From: Amoebophrya sp. A120
Taxonomy: Eukaryota; Protista; Dinoflagellata
NCBI GenBank assembly: GCA_905178155.1
Contig: CAJINV010000003.1
Location: 7,797,882-7,861,881 of the forward strand
DNA: 64,000 nt
Reading direction: 5' to 3'
The notes under the pieces were generated by a model that worked only from the letters and a program-made list of their open reading frames with translations, was not told the DNA's origin and made no database searches. Positions 51,601 to 62,339 of the stretch are shown one piece after another. Each line of letters begins with the position of its first letter. The first letter of the stretch is position 1. Both the position numbers and the translations under genes were made by a program.

Positions 51601-54600
51601 CACTGCAGCGCCGTGTCCCTCCTGGGTTGCAAAGAACGCGACAATCATCACTTGCCGGGGCCGCAATAATTTTCCCCATACAATTACGAATGCCGGACAT
51701 CCCCCGTGCTAATGGCAAGGCCCTGGACCATGCGGCCGACTCGCACGGGCCTGACCCTGTGTGGGGCTCGTAGTGTTGCGGCGTTCGCGTACTGCCCCGG
51801 GCCCTTGGGCACCGCGTGCCCCGGTCCCTGTTTCGCTGGGGCGCTGGTGTCTCACGTTGCGCCATGGCGTGGCGGCTATGGCTGCGGCCGTTGGCTTGGC
51901 CACTGGGCAGCGCAGCTTGTTACCCCCGCCCCGCACCGCAGTCCTGGCTGGGGCCGGAGTCTCGTCTGCCACCGGCTGACACCTCAACCGCTCGCGCGCC
52001 CTGCTATGCCAGCCCCCAGGCCCAACAACCCAGCAGCGCGCCCAATGAATGAGTACGCTGCCTCGGCTTCTTACGACATGCATCGCCACGCGGCGACAGT
52101 TTGACGCTTTCCACGATCCCCCGCGACCCTTCCCGATCCAAAATGGCGGTGGGGGGCTCGACGTGCTGGCGGCGCTTGAGTGTCTCGAATCTTCTCACCC
52201 AGGCAGCGCAATACATAGCGGCATGGGTTCCGGGCGCGCTACTGCGGCCGGCCGTAGCCACACGCGGCAGGCTCGTGGCCCGCGCCGTCGGTCTTCGTGG
52301 CACAGCCGGCTGCGCGCCTTCAGGTAGGCCCTCATCCGCATCGCGCCTTTGGGTGGGCGCGCTCGCGCCTATCGCATAGTAATCGCGCGGGGCGTTAGGA
52401 GTTAGGCAGCGCCCCACGGAAACCCACACCGTAGCCGCTAGCACATGCACAAAATATCAATGGCGTGCTCGCCTCTTAAAGAGGCGAGTAGCTGTCTGAA
52501 GTTCTATCGAAGTTCCTGGAAGCATGCGCGAAATATCAACAATGCACGCTCCGAGGGAACTTGGCCAAATACAACCGCCAGGGCGGACGTTGGTAGTGAG
52601 GGTTGGCGCTTTCTTGCCCCGGGCTGAAAAGCAGCGGGCCCGCAGCGATTTAGCTTCTCGCGGGTGCCCCGTGCCCTCGTGGATGCCAACGGTTCATTCA
52701 CAAGGCACATGCCCCGTGCCCTCATACGTACATTCATTAGGATTTCTTAGGCGGAGCGGGATGGCGGCCAGTAAGAAAATGCCGCAAATATATTTTGCCA
52801 TACATACTGGCTTCCTGTGTTTGGCGCGCTTTTTCTTTATTGCAAATAAGCTCCCCAGCATCACAAACCGACGAAAGGAAGGGCGGCAGCTTCAGCGATG
52901 GCCTAAAATGCTCCGAAATCGAGGCCGCTCCGCGCGGTTCCGCTGTTCTGATGATTTCGCGCGCATTTTTTCTGGGCGCCTTTTCGGACGTCCCAAACGG
53001 CCGGAAACTAAAGCGGCGGGAGCCCCAGAAGGGCGCGCCTTTGCTGGCTCGCCATCGCCGTTTTTTGGATCAGTGAACGATGGAGTCCCCTCACATAGCC
53101 AATCAGACTGGGCCGCTTGATTTTTACTAAAGTAAAAGCACGCTTTACGCCAGCCCTGAAAACTGCCGGCCGTTCTTAGCAAGACATGTCGAAAAAACTA
53201 CGAGGCTAAAGCCGTGCGGTCGTGCTCGTGACCTCGTCACTACATACAAATATAATTTCGGGTCGACTTCTTGTATGTCGCATTCCGTAACGGACGGGGG
53301 AACTCAGAAGCCTTTTTTACCTGATGGTGGATTTATTTTTCGAAATGCGGCCACAACTCTCAACAAATCATCCATGTCACGATACAGATATGGCACTCAT
53401 AAGCACAATTAATTTCAAGCTCGTATGGCAGTCAGAAACACAGTTTGAGAATCAAACTCGAGTGCGACAATCACGTTCGAGTTTGAGAATCAATTTCGTG
53501 TTTGGCGATCAACTTCGAGTGTGAGAGTTAGCTTCGACTTTGACGATCAAGCTCGAGCTTTTTTTTTGCTTTAGATAGGTGGCGATTGGCGTTGCCGCTT
53601 CCTCTTGCCCTCGATAGACAGACGCGGGCTTACATCTTTTCGCGAACTGGCACACGACTAGGAGAGAGCAGTGTGGCCGCCTCTCGAGAATCAACTTCGA
53701 GTTTGAAAACCAACGTCCCTCGCCGGGACCGGGATCGCCGGGACCGGGGCGACCTCTAGGCGTGCCGGAGCCAGCCGGGCCGACCAGGTCGGACGCGCCG
53801 GAGTCGGGGCGACCAGCGGAGCCGGGACGACAAGGCTGGGCGCACTGTAGCCGGGGCGACCAATCTAGGCCCGCCGGAGCCGGGACGATTATAGATCGCG
53901 CGCGCGAGAGCCGGGGGCGACCAGATTGGGGGCGCCGGAGCCGGGACGACCAGATTGGGCGCGCCGGAGCCGGGTTGACCAGACTGGGAACGCCGGAGCC
54001 GGGACGACCAATGTGGGCGCGCCGGAGCCGGGGCGACCACATTGGGCGTGCCTGCGCCGCGACGATCGGATTGGGCGCGCCGGCGCTTTTGGGGCCGGCG
54101 CTTTTTTCTTTTTGCTTTGTTATCTAGAAATTGTCGTTTGCGTTTCTTCTAATGCCTAATTAAAGGCGAAGCTGGCATTGCTAGTATATATAGGATAAGT
54201 ACGTCGTTGTTATCGAGCATGCCCAGCTGCCTCGCGATGTGTCGCTCCGGGTCCGCTACGATAGGAACGCTCAACCGGGCCCAGGATTCTTTATCGCTCT
54301 GGGATACCCCGTTCTCGTCCACAGTCGGACCCACGTCCTTTCGTCTCCCGCCCCTCTTCGTGTTCGAGAATTTCGCGGCGTTTTGCTTTTCGCGCCGCTT
54401 CTCCCACTCTGCGCCGGCAGCATTAACTTCGCAGTCATCAAACAAGGGGAAAGCCGGGGGTGCAGAGGCCGTGTCATCTACTCCGTTGCATTCGTCAAAA
54501 AAGATGGAACCTCGCTCGTTCGTGGCGGCAACACTGCTAGCAGCATAATTGACTTTCTTCAGTCGCATGTCGACTCCGCTCAAGACATCCTCGTCTTGCT

Positions 54601-57600
54601 GGAACACATCCCGGAGCCCGGAGGTATTCCCTGGGAGGTCCGGCTTTAAAAGCGGAAGTTGTGGTCGTGGTGCACGACGATTCTTTGCGTCAAAGGCACT
54701 GCGCAAGTCGTCCTCGGAATCGTCGTCCGCACTGCCAACCTCTGCAATGTCCGACGTTCCCTGATCCGAGACCTGCTGGTCTCTATCAAAGGGAGAAATG
54801 CCCTGCCACTTGAAATAAAGCGAACAAAAGCGTTTGAATTGCAATCAAGTTTAAATAAAAGTACCAAATATAGCCGCCGGGGCGGGGGTAGTGAGGTCGT
54901 GGGTGTTTTTTTGCCGAGCGCCGCCTTGGCCGCGGCTTTGCTTTTTATGGGGTCGCCATACCACCGTGAGTAACGTTATGCCGCACGGTATGGCGGCCAC
55001 TTGGGAAACGTCGCAAATTTTGGCACATTTCCAAAATTCCTTTCCGAAAGCCAGCCCTGATGCTATGGGGCCGATCTGGGTGCCACGGGGGGCGCCCAAA
55101 AAGCGAAGAAAAACCGGGCCCATAGCATGCGGATTGGCTTTGCGCGTCTGGCGCGCTTTTTATTTTTCGCGTTTTTATTTTTCACGCCGGCGCTTTTTGC
55201 AAAGCTTCCCAGGCTCTAAAACCGGCGAAAAGGCGGCCGCTTTCGCGGCCGCCCAAAATGCTCCCAAATCGCGGCCGTGCCATGCTGTTTCGCTGTTCTG
55301 ACTTTGGGCGCGTTTTCTGCGCGCCCCTTTTTGGGCGCCCGAAATCGCCAGAAACCAAGGCGGCGGGCGCCTCAGAAGGGCGCCCCTTTTGCCGGCTCCC
55401 CGGCGTCGTTTTATCAAGTGCGAGTCGATAGTTTTCGACCGGGCTTGTTTGACGGCAAAGCCCCGGCCGCTTGATAATTGCAAATTTTTTATGTCCAAAA
55501 ACGCTTCCGCCCGCTTGGAAACTGCCGGCCGTTTTTCACGGGACATGGCAAAAAAACTCTCCGGTTAGAACCGTTCGGTGACCTCACTACATATGAACAC
55601 GCTTCGTCTTGCTAATCCGACCGCAAAGAGGAGCGCAATCTTGTCTTGCGTAAATTTTTTCTCTTACTGTTAGATCAGAAACATCTCTAACGACAAAAAG
55701 TTTTATTTTCGTCTTTTAGGAAGGAACAAATGCGACATATTCCGCTTCAAGATCTCGGCATGTTCTAATGTTGAGAAGCATCGTTCGACTGTAGCACTGC
55801 GGCGTTGTGCTTTACAGCAGGTGAATGCTACTCTTGGTCCTCACCCACGTTTTGCAAAAATATAAATACCGCGTGACAAGTATTCCCATGAGAGGCAGAA
55901 AATATTGCAATCCAAACCTTTCCACATTCTGGAGCGGAGGTGCACTTTTCATCTTTATAGTCCCCTTCACAAGAGCTTTGAGTACCGGTGCGCGGGATCC
56001 CGTCCACCGGTAACTCGGCGACTGCACCGGCGCCGGTCGTAGCTTCGGCAGAGCCATCGACTTTCGAGGTGGTACCCGCTTGCTTTTTTACGTCGAGAAC
56101 TACACCTTGCTCCTCGCGAATGGAATCTTCATTGCCTGGGCCGGACATCTGATGCTGACGCCGGTGCGTTGGCGAAAAATCCAATCTGCGCAGGTCGTTA
56201 AACGAGCCTTGTTATTTTTTATCTTATATTATAGATATACATGGCCGTGCTTGGTTTGCAAAATTCAGGGCTTGGGTAAAATCAAACTGGTGCAGCATGT
56301 TTGAGAGTTGGAGACCACTCAGACTCATTTGCCATATTGTGCAATCAAATTTCCGACGTAGTACCGACCACAACACCGCCTGATTGGTTGCTCAAAATCG
56401 GTATCGGTCCGGCGGCGTCGATTCCGAAGCCCAGCTCACTACCACTAGCATTGGTCATGGTCGCCGACGCATCAACAGCTGTTGCAGACGTAGTGGACCC
56501 GGTAGCCGTCTGGCCTTTTGTGGGGGTAGAGGAGGGTGCTGGGAGGCTTTCCTGGTTGGAGGATAGAGCGCCTCCAAAGGTGAAAATTTTTTGCATGGTA
56601 TTCATAATTCCCAGACCTCCGTGGTGGTGGTCCTCCTGCATTTTCTGGAGATCTTCCAAGATCGACTTTTTGTCAACTTTCACGAGCATCGCTTCTTCTT
56701 CTTCTTTTTTGGTTGGGCGGTGTGCCTGTGTGGTGGCATTGCCCCTGCTTTTCTCGATCTTCATGCCTTCGACTCCCTTGTTGTTGACGTTCTCGGTGTA
56801 GTTTTTGGGACGCTTCTTGCCGTTGGCCCCCACCAACTCTATAAGTCGATACAAGTTGTGTGAATTCTTACCCTAGAAGATCCTGCCTATAAGGAGCAAA
56901 CAATTTCTTTCGAAAACCGAAACGCAAAAAAAAAAGTGTGCCAACTGCAGGGTCAGACGTTGTTAAAAGTGCTACATTCCCCAGGAGATGCAGACTTCTA
57001 GGAAAAGAATTGCTCACACCAGTTTGTATCTCCATAAACATGGTGTATTCTTCTTCCAAAACTGTCGGTTCGATGGTATCCTCGTGATCCAACGTGATCC
57101 GGTTGTACAACGGAACACTGTTGCCACTTGGCGGCCTCGCAGGCTTCTGTTGGTCGTAGCTATGGCTTGATCCGAGTTCGAGATGTGCTGCGCCAGAGCC
57201 CATCATGGCTATCACACAGAAAAAAGCTGGCAGGGCATATTTGTAATGCAAAAATAAATACATAAAAAAATCTGCATTGCGTATCCGAAGCAGCATGCTA
57301 TGGGGCCACCCATGACAAGTTTTTCTTTTTGCGTGTATGTATTTTTGCATTACAAATATGCCCTGCCAGCTTTTTTCTCTGGGATAATGGCGCTGGAGCG
57401 CAGCCCAGTTCTGACTTTCTGCGAGCTTTGCGGAATTGGAGTCAGGAGATGAGCTCTCCCCTTGCGGTGTGCGGCCGCGTCTCCTTGCTTCTTCTCGTCA
57501 TGGACCAGTTTCTGTGTGTCGATGGGCATCTGCTCAAGCGGGATCGCGGAGCTGGAGAGATAGCGGCATCCTACGAAAGAACCCTCTCCCCCAATATTAC

Positions 57601-58449
57601 TGAAAGCGAATTTTTTTTCCATTTCTGCCATCGAGGCGTCTGACTTCGTCAGCGTGAAGATCATTCGTGTGTGCAGGCCATCGGCCGTGCAGGAAGATAG
57701 TATATAAGTCGAAAGTAGTCGGCTTGTCCACCTATCGGGCTACGACTGCATCCAATGCCATCAAAAGGCTGGACAAATCAACCCAGCCCACGAGCCTTGC
57801 GCTGGGAATACCATTCTAGCTTTTCGATTGTGTCCGCAACCAATGAATCACAATGCAACCGAAGGAACTCTGTTCCGGAACATTTTGGGTGGTGAGGCAG
57901 GAACTTTCATGTTGATAGCTGGTTGTGCCGGAAGAGCGCGAGAATGTCCGCGGCCCACTGCCATTGGGTCTCCTCCGAGTCGCAAGAGAACACGACAAGC
58001 TTGCAATCGCGCTTCAAGAACTCTTCTTGTTTCGCAACCATGTCCAAAAGCTCGGTGGTACAGATGCAACTCAGCGCCCAAGGGTGACAGGAAAACAGGG
58101 TCCATTCGCAGCCGGTTCGTTGGGTTTCGCACTGGAGCATCTCGTAAAAAGACGAGTAGCGCCCATGGGTCGTGTGACAAGGCGCAAAGTTGGGAAACAT
58201 GTCGTGCAGCCGAATGCCAGTCGAACTCGTGTTTGTTTTGATGTTGGGCTCCGGGGGAGCAGCACTCGAAGGTTGCGGTACGGACGAATCGACCTGCTCG
58301 AAGGGCGGCCATTCCTCCACGATCCTCTTGCTCTTCGTGGCTTCGTTCAGATTCAGTACCTCCGGGAAAGTCCGATGGTCGCCGATCAAAAGTTGTGGAT
58401 CATCCAGGACGTCGTCCGTCTTATTCAAGTACTCATTTTTGTCCATCAA
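48609..58449 (-). CDS. PRDX6: Giant 1-Cys peroxiredoxin (Prx6-like) with a ~590-aa insertion and long extensions; further 5' exons likely up to ~62900
   Basis: Prx6 segments in order: IRLHDMFPNF...HPWALSCICTTEL...KLVVFSCDS (58210-57920), LSVPIVADPERHIARQLGMLD (~54275-54210), VKKASEFPRP (53320-53291), VRGMYLIDP...TGRDLRE...TPARW (51476-51288), ELPYLMF (~50590). Joined by canonical and non-canonical introns. Confidence 0.8.
49725..50100. repeat. GC-rich degenerate tandem repeat (GCCGAGGCCGCGCGGCCAA-like) in intron 49498-50556
   Basis: Recurrent CCGAGGCC and GGCCAAA units. Confidence 0.7.
50694..51287. mobile_element. Decayed family-A introner, 594 bp, TSD GGC/GCC
   Basis: Right arm (revcomp) GTATCAGAGTGAAAAGCGCCTCCACCTCAG resembles the 2071 TIR; left arm CCATCGAGTTGAAAAGTGCCCAACCTTCAG. 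Removing 50691-51287 joins MPG|VSPDI, matching Prx6 spacing. Confidence 0.7.
51477..53290 (-). other. 1.8-kb non-canonical intron with direct repeat CGGA, containing nested H3 element
   Basis: In-frame TGA 6 nt upstream of VRGMY and no AG between them. CGGA at 51477 and 53291. Removal gives FPRP|VRGMY, restoring the Prx catalytic Arg context. Confidence 0.75.
52563..53246 (-). mobile_element. Helentron-like repeat copy H3
   Basis: CCAAATACAA-CCGCC-AG-GGCGG...GTAGTGAGG at left, CACTACATA at right; shared internal motifs. Confidence 0.68.
53450..53560. repeat. ~19-bp tandem repeat (AATCAACTTCGAGTTTGAG), about 6 copies plus one at ~53688
   Basis: Read directly from the sequence. Confidence 0.75.
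53720..54095. repeat. 29-bp GC-rich minisatellite (CCGGAGCCGGGGCGACCAGATTGGGCGCG), about 12-13 copies
   Basis: Period of 29 seen at 53935, 53964, 53993, 54022; lies in intron 53321-54202. Confidence 0.9.
54861..55593 (-). mobile_element. Helentron-like repeat copy H2
   Basis: GTAGTGAGGTC 54888-98 / GACCTCACTAC 55580-90; hairpin CCGCC-GG-GGCGG; within intron 54803-55917. Confidence 0.72.
57210..57386. mobile_element. Family-B introner, 177 bp, perfect 5-bp TSD ATGGC, 53-bp TIR
   Basis: Arms 57210-57262 and 57334-57386 match 50/53. ATGGC at 57205-09 and 57387-91. Removing 182 nt joins RSSA|MMGSG in frame. Confidence 0.92.
57701..57918 (-). other. Candidate non-canonical intron with 5-bp direct repeat GATAG, no clear TIR
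   Basis: GATAG at 57696 and 57914. Removing 218 nt bypasses the stop at 57907 and joins NQLS|SCTADG in frame. Confidence 0.55.
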
Positions 58450-61400
58450 AGGGAAAAAGCAAAGCGCTACATTTCATGGTGTTAATAGAACTCAAATTGC
58501 AATAAACTTGTCACATTCCCGCTGTACCCAAACATATTTTTTGGGGCCCAAATTCCTGGAATCAAGTTGACGCTTGGAGTTGTTGGAATCGATTTTTACT
58601 AAAGCTGTCGCCTGTGCGAAGCTGTCACCTGTGCGGCCCCGGCGCAGAGGCGAAAGGCTAAGCGCTGATACACATTTTCACTCGAAGGTGTGGAAGCACC
58701 AGGATTCCCAGGCCTTTGTGTCCCAGCATCCCCTCCCAGAGGCTCCCGGGCCCCCCAGGCCGGAGAGAAAGTCCCGGGCCTCCCGGACGCAAAGTGCAAA
58801 GTTTCGGACCTCCCACAGGCGGAGGATCTCGGACTTCTCGGCCCGATGCGTCCCCATACTTTTTGAAGACTGAACGAAACCCGAGTGCGAGATATGGGCC
58901 CCATGATCATCATCATTTTCAGCATCGTCATGCATTTTTTATCATAAAAAAGTGGTCACAAGCACCCAGCGGCGCCACAGGCTAGAGATCCCCGGTGGGG
59001 GGCAGGCGAGGAAGCACTTTTAGCAAGCTCGTACGCAGTCGAACGCTACCTCGATCAGTCGCAAATACGACGCCAGCCACTCGGGAACTGCCAACGATTG
59101 GTCAGTAGAGGCATGCCAGCAAGCAGAGCGCGACGCCCCATACAGAACGATTCAGAACTTTAATGACCCATTTCACGCCCTCAGTTTTTGCTTCGCAGCG
59201 TATACATTGTTGTACTACCCACGGCAGTAATATTTATAGCGTCGCAAGTAGTTCCTGCTTGCAGGGCACTGCGGGTCTCGCACCGTGTCTTTCGTCCTTT
59301 CGCCAACTCGATGGGCAGTGGACGAGGTTCGGGCACAGGGGGCGAGAATTGACCAGAAAACCCCGAGCCTAGCAGTCTGCGCGGGTGAGAGCTTTCAGAC
59401 AACTGCGCGGACCCGCCCGAAAGCGCTGCCGCGATGTTGCATTTCATTTCCTTGTTCTTGATGTATTAATGGCAATCACGTAAGAAGGAAGGAATTCGGG
59501 CCTCCCGGAGGTGAAATTTCGGACGCAAAAGTCCAAAGGCGGAGGCTTCTTCCGAGGTCTCTGGAAGAAAGCTCCGAGCGGACGCGAAAGCGCCGAGACT
59601 ATCGGACGCAAAATTCATGAGGTACTCCCTGTCCACCAGAAGAAAAGCTCATTCCGGCGGGAACGTGAGACAGCGGAGGCGCCGTACACCAAAGAACGGG
59701 GGCAGAATGAACTACAGGGTGGGAAAATCACATTCACAAAGAAGCAAAGCAACAAAATGACATAAGAGTCGTGAAGCTGCAGTGGCTTCCTTGATGGATT
59801 CTTCAATAAGAATAAGTCTTAATTCCAGTTCATAACGTGACTCCATGCAACCGCACGCATCAACAAACTTGATTTCATCTTCATGTATTACTTAACTTGA
59901 TTGTTCAACATTCATAACTTGCCTCCATGTACAACATTGACGCCATGCATTCAACCTGATTCCCTGTTATAAGTACCCATTTTTTTGTTAACTCAGTTTT
60001 TTACGTTTGAACTCTACATGGTGCGCCAGCTTTTTTCCGTCGGATATCGTCCTCCTGAATGGTGCGCGGGTTGTCGGGCAGATAAACGTCGCAATCCGGG
60101 TATCCTATGTAAAAGAGTCTCCACACCATAATCAAGATGGGAAATCCGCTAGACAAATCCACAAGTTTTGGGACTGGCTCATGCTAATTTTGGGGACGCA
60201 GCATTGCCCTTCCTAGGTCGCCATGACGCATCACAAATCCACTTTCTCATCCTGATTCGCGCATGACATCAAGGTATCAAACACAATCAGAAAATGCCCG
60301 TCACGCGGAGCCGCGTCATCATCATGTAGTGGACACCCGTACCCAGCGCCACAGGCGAAGGATCCCCTCCCCGGGGGGTGGGCGAAGAAGCACTTTCGGC
60401 GACCTCATCATACAAAAGCCAGATGCTCAGTTCTGGGCATGCAGATTTGCATGACAGCTATGGGGTGTTTATGTACTGGAAAAGACCAAATTAAAGCACA
60501 GAGAAGTTTAATTTTCACAAAAGGAAACGGGAGGAGAACCAACTACGACAGGAAGAGAAAAGCATATGCTATGTGGCCACGGTTAGTACTGTCATGTATT
60601 TATCTATTGCGATGCACGTGCTTGTAGGGGCTGGGGACATTTTTGCTCAGGATACCGGATTCCGGGGCTGCACGGCTGCCTTGATGTCGGGCTCATTAAT
60701 CACACTTCCTTCACCATATCACTTGTGATATCCCTCTCTGACCCATATTTATACTCAAGTCGCGATCGCGGGATGAGTCAATGCTTCGAAGTGGAGGTGA
60801 CTAGCTTCGACTTCCTTGCGCAGAAAAATGGCTCTGTGTTATAAGTAGCACTACGCGGCAAGAACGGCAAGAATAACTACACGACCGTCAAGATGACAGG
60901 GTACTTATTTGTGTATTCTGCAATATGTTGATGTCAAGAACATGATGGGCTTCTTCGATGCAAAAGCAACATGTTTTCTTGTTCCTAGAGTCGAGGATGA
61001 CAAGTCAGGGGGAGTAGAGGGACCCGTTACACACGGTATGTAAATCAGCGCATCGTCGTCCGAGTTCTACTATCAAATGCGAATGTGTCTGTCGGGAAAA
61101 GAGGTTGTGTAAAGATGAACGTTTGCGATGCTACTAGATGGCGTAGGCAAAGGATCTTGAGGACACGACCCAAGCTCGTGCTGCCAAATTTGGGCTCGAT
61201 TGGACGGCGCAAACTTGATATAGATGTACCTGTGCAGAGCACGCGGACACATTTGCATTGCATACAGCTACTTCGAGATCGCCTGTGTCCGTGGGAACCG
61301 GACCGGGAGGCAAAGTCGTGGAACGTGCTTTGTCGCTGGTGTGGGTGCTGCTCCCGTGTTCATCGTGGTCCTGCGAGACTGAGCTGGCACCTCCTGGTAT

Positions 61401-61598
61401 CAACAGGAAACGTCTCCCCTCCCCGTACGTCGGCGGGCGGAGATCCGTGGGGCGGAATTGTGTACACAAATCTGTCTTGCGCCAAGAGATGGATCGTCGG
61501 CCTCACCAAGTTTTGCTTAGCTGTTTACTTAGCAGTCTAGCTGTTCGCCGAGCGAAAGCACGCAAGACGTGAGGCTTAGTGTAGCAGGCTAAAACTTA

Positions 61599-62339
61599 GT
61601 GCTAGAATCAGAGCCGCCGCAGCGGGGCGGGGGCAGTGCGGTTTCTTTGTGAAGGCACTCCACTTAGTTGGCACTTTGTGGCTGGCGGGCTCCACAGGAA
61701 CTCTTTTTGCTGTGCGCCATGCCCTCGCGCCTCCCGCATTTTCTGGCGGTGACACGTATAAAAAGTCCGGCTGGCACCCCATCTCTCCCACTTCACAAAA
61801 CAAAACCTAAGTATCCCGCATGCCACGGGCGCGCCTGGCCCCCCGCCAGGGCCGGCCCATTGGAGGCCGGGAATCGGGCCCATAGCATGCGGGTACGCTT
61901 TCAACTTTTGGTAGTTTTTTTGTTTGTTTTTCTTCATTCGATTGAAAATACGCATTTTCTGCTCTGCCCGCCGCCTTGGAGATTGCCCATTTACGGCGCG
62001 GCATTTGCGGCCTCCAAAAGTGTGAAAAGTCGCCCCCATGCCATTCGCATTCGCGGTTTTTGTTGTGTTCGCAGTGTTCTGGCGCCCCACTCTGGGCGAT
62101 CCTTATCGGCGGAACCCAAGGCGGCGGGCGCCTTACAAGCACGCAGCTTTTCCCGCTTCCACTACGTCGCCTTTTCCGATGGCCAGCCATAGAATTCACG
62201 CCGGCTCGTTTGATAGCAAAGCCCCGGCCAGGTTGAAGCTGCACTCCCGGCCGCTTCGAAAGAACTGCCGATCGTTTTTTAAGGTAAGGGTCAGTATCGA
62301 AAAAGACGCCAAGATAGAACGTTCGGGTCCTCACTACAT
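61599..62339 (-). mobile_element. Helentron-like repeat copy H4 (most diverged)
   Basis: GCCGCC...GGCGGGGGCAGTGCGG at left, CCTCACTACAT at right, shared GGAACCCAAGGCGGCGGGCGCC. Confidence 0.62.

Noticed and set aside
52252-52262. CCGTAGCCA resembling the start of the dinoflagellate spliced leader
   Set aside because: Only 9 nt match and TTTTGGCTCAAG is absent; no spliced-leader relic noticed elsewhere.
718-58449. Stop-codon reassignment or frameshifting to explain the broken ORFs
   Set aside because: Most breaks are explained by GT-AG or repeat-bounded introns, and the long exons contain no internal stops.
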